A stretch of DNA of 64,000 nt from Eubacteriales bacterium. Its GTDB lineage: Bacteria; Bacillota; Clostridia; Oscillospirales; CAG-272. The stretch is taken from contig JBGUSX010000141.1 of NCBI GenBank assembly GCA_045132775.1, forward strand, positions 543 to 64,542, given 5' to 3'. The notes beneath the pieces were generated by a model. That model did no database searches. It had not been told where the DNA came from and saw nothing but the letters and a program-made list of their open reading frames with translations. This document shows positions 62,013 through 64,000 of the stretch, piece by piece. The position numbers and the translations under genes were made by a program. Within the stretch, counting starts at the first letter, position 1. Every line of letters begins with the position of its first letter.

Positions 62013-64000
62013 ATGGAGAGCACAACGCCGTCAACAAAGATGCGCCGTCGCGCAGGGGCGATATGCATAGTACTCAGCCTCCTTTTTATTGCCCTTGCGC
62101 TGAGGATACTTTTCTATCAGACCTTCAAATACGACGAGTATAATCAAAAGGTGCTCGATCAGATAACAAGGGAGACAAAGGTCAGTGCAAACCGAGGCAA
62201 TATATACGATACGAACGGAGTGGTAATCGCCACCAACATAACCACCTACCGTCTCTTTATCGACCCCGCAACGATAGCAAGACAGTCAGAGGCGGACGGA
62301 GTAAATTACGCGGATATGATCGCGAGAGGGATAAGCGCGATAGATACGCTCGGTGTTTCGTACGACGACGTAATGAAGCAAGCGACCTATACGAAATACC
62401 GTGACAGAACGCTCGCAAGACATATATCCGAGGAGCAGGCAGAGGCGGTAAGAGTATTGCTCGACAGCACGGGACTTGACGACAAAGCACTGCTTTTCCT
62501 CCAGGCAACAAGCAAGAGATACTACCCCTACGACACACTTGCAAGCCACGTTATCGGCTTTACGGGAAGTGACGGCACGGGACTTTACGGACTTGAATAT
62601 ACCTACAATCAGCTCTTGAAGGGCACCGACGGAAAGTACATTGGAGCAAAGGACACCTACGGCAATGAAATGGTGTACGATTACGAGAGCTATATCCCCG
62701 CAATAGACGGCTATAACGTCACAACGACGATAGACGTTTATATCCAGGCGGAGCTTGAGGAGCAGTTAAAGCAATCCTATCTCGAATCCGACGCAAAGAG
62801 CCGCGCCTGCGGAATAGTAATGGACGTTGATACGGGAGCGATACTTGCAATGGCAGTGTACCCGCCCTATAACCTCAACGAACCGTCAAAGCTCGACGAC
62901 CAAAGTCAGAAAACGCTTGATGAGAGCGGATTTGACAAGGAGAGCGAGGAATATAGCAAGCTTCAGCAGGAGCTTATGCTCAAGATGTGGAATAATAAGG
63001 CGATAACCGAGCTTTATATGCCGGGATCGACCTTCAAGGTAATAACCGCGGCTATGTCGTACGAAGAGGGCATCGTCAAGGACGAGGAGAAATTCTCCTG
63101 CCCGGGTTACTATATAGTAAATGGAAACAGGATCAAGTGCCACTACCACGCAGGTCACGGTATGCTGACCTTCGCGCGCGGACTTCAGCAGTCCTGCAAC
63201 CCCGTGCTTATGCAGATGGGACTCAGACTCGGAGTTGAGAATTATTACGAATATTTCTCGGCACTCGGTTATTTTGAAAAAACGGGAATAGATGCATCGG
63301 GCGAGGAGTACACCAAGGAGGGAGTTACCTTCTGGGATAAGGACCTCTTTGCAAGCGCAGATATATATCTTGCGACCGCGTCGTTCGGACAGAACTTCAA
63401 GATCTCTCCGATAGCACATCTCACCGCAATAAATACCGTTGCAAATGACGGAAATCTTGTAACACCGCACTTTATCAAGGAAATAACCGATAAAGACGGA
63501 AAGGTCATTTATTCTTATGAAACAGAAGTAAAGAGACAGGTGTTCAGCAAGGAGACCTGCGATAAGGTCTCGGATATTCTTGAAGAGGGCGTTGCCACCG
63601 ACGGAGGATCGAAGGCGGCTTACGTTCCGGGCTTCAGAATAGCGGCAAAGACAGGAACGAGTGAGAAAAAGGACGTCCACGATACACCCTATATCCCTTA
63701 CGTTTGCTCGGCAATCGCGTTTGCACCTGCCGAGAAGCCCGAGGTGTCGGTGCTCTTTATGGTCGACGAACCGACCGACGGCGTGCTTTACGCAAGCGTT
63801 ATCGCCGCACCCTACGTCGGCTCATTGCTCAAGGAGATACTCCCGTATCGAGGGGTAAACGCAGAGTACGAAGAGGGAGAGATCGAGCCCGTGAGCGCAC
63901 CCTGGCTCATAGCCGCAAAGACAGAGACAGCGAAGTCGCTTGCCGAAATGCTTGGATTTAAGGTCGAGGTGGTCGGCGACGGAGAGTTCGTCAAGGATCA
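62013..64000 (+). CDS. Class B penicillin-binding protein (FtsI/SpoVD-like), 5' 662 codons (runs off the window end)
   Basis: My own translation from the ATG at 62013 behind GGAGGAGAG. It has an N-terminal TM segment, the dimerisation-domain block RYYPYDTLASHVIGFTGSDGTGLYGLE, and motifs STFK, SCN and KTGT. It is absent from the ORF track because no stop lies in the window. Confidence 0.85.
   Translation, partial: MESTTPSTKMRRRAGAICIVLSLLFIALALRILFYQTFKYDEYNQKVLDQITRETKVSANRGNIYDTNGVVIATNITTYRLFIDPATIARQSEADGVNYADMIARGISAIDTLGVSYDDVMKQATYTKYRDRTLARHISEEQAEAVRVLLDSTGLDDKALLFLQATSKRYYPYDTLASHVIGFTGSDGTGLYGLEYTYNQLLKGTDGKYIGAKDTYGNEMVYDYESYIPAIDGYNVTTTIDVYIQAELEEQLKQSYLESDAKSRACGIVMDVDTGAILAMAVYPPYNLNEPSKLDDQSQKTLDESGFDKESEEYSKLQQELMLKMWNNKAITELYMPGSTFKVITAAMSYEEGIVKDEEKFSCPGYYIVNGNRIKCHYHAGHGMLTFARGLQQSCNPVLMQMGLRLGVENYYEYFSALGYFEKTGIDASGEEYTKEGVTFWDKDLFASADIYLATASFGQNFKISPIAHLTAINTVANDGNLVTPHFIKEITDKDGKVIYSYETEVKRQVFSKETCDKVSDILEEGVATDGGSKAAYVPGFRIAAKTGTSEKKDVHDTPYIPYVCSAIAFAPAEKPEVSVLFMVDEPTDGVLYASVIAAPYVGSLLKEILPYRGVNAEYEEGEIEPVSAPWLIAAKTETAKSLAEMLGFKVEVVGDGEFVKD

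Noticed and set aside
1-64000. tRNA, rRNA, tmRNA or other housekeeping RNA genes
   Set aside because: I inspected the non-coding stretches by eye. None shows cloverleaf-compatible acceptor/T-arm pairing or rRNA-like conserved blocks. This is a visual check only, so a tRNAscan/Infernal run should confirm it.

Overview
The window is about 64 kb from a spore-forming Firmicute that looks like Clostridia. It carries a GerA/SpoVAF-family gene, a cotJA-cotJB-cotJC operon, and the start of a dcw cluster (mraZ-rsmH-ftsL-like-PBP). I found no rRNA, tRNA or CRISPR array.

Layout:
- 1-10.7 kb: two AraC-controlled sugar or amino-sugar catabolic loci, plus a GerA-family gene.
- 10.7-27.7 kb: an envelope cluster. 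It holds a membrane polyferredoxin fused to a TlpA-like thioredoxin, a CXXC membrane protein, four lipoproteins (one with 11-12 Cys/His repeats, one with a thioredoxin domain), and a giant S8 peptidase with BspA-type leucine-rich repeats.
- 27.7-34.9 kb: an Opp/Dpp-type ABC importer.
- 35-38.2 kb: a bile-salt-hydrolase-like Ntn hydrolase and a Trk/Ktr K+ transporter.
- 38.2-58.1 kb: cotJC split in two by an insertion of about 19.3 kb.
- 58.3-64 kb: cotJB, cotJA and the dcw genes.

Strongest finding: the 19,308-bp insertion (38404..57711) looks like a skin-like sporulation intervening element.
- A large serine recombinase sits at one end.
- Both junctions carry the same dinucleotide, so a 2-bp crossover would rejoin cotJC exactly in frame.
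- The cargo is defence-type: an HTH-DUF3990 gene plus a downstream partner, a small-protein/HEPN pair, a type III R-M system, a RES-domain protein and a GIY-YIG nuclease.
- It also carries a DUF234 ATPase, a pRiA4b-ORF3-like gene, and spore-type genes including a second Mn-catalase-family gene.

The element also holds six copies of an unrecognised non-coding module with a conserved GACTGCC-GGGG box. Four copies have a covarying hairpin, and three of those also end in a terminator-like stem. The copies sit in two ORF-free stretches that bracket the AT-rich defence cassette.

All product calls rest on motif recognition from memory. Nothing was searched against a database.
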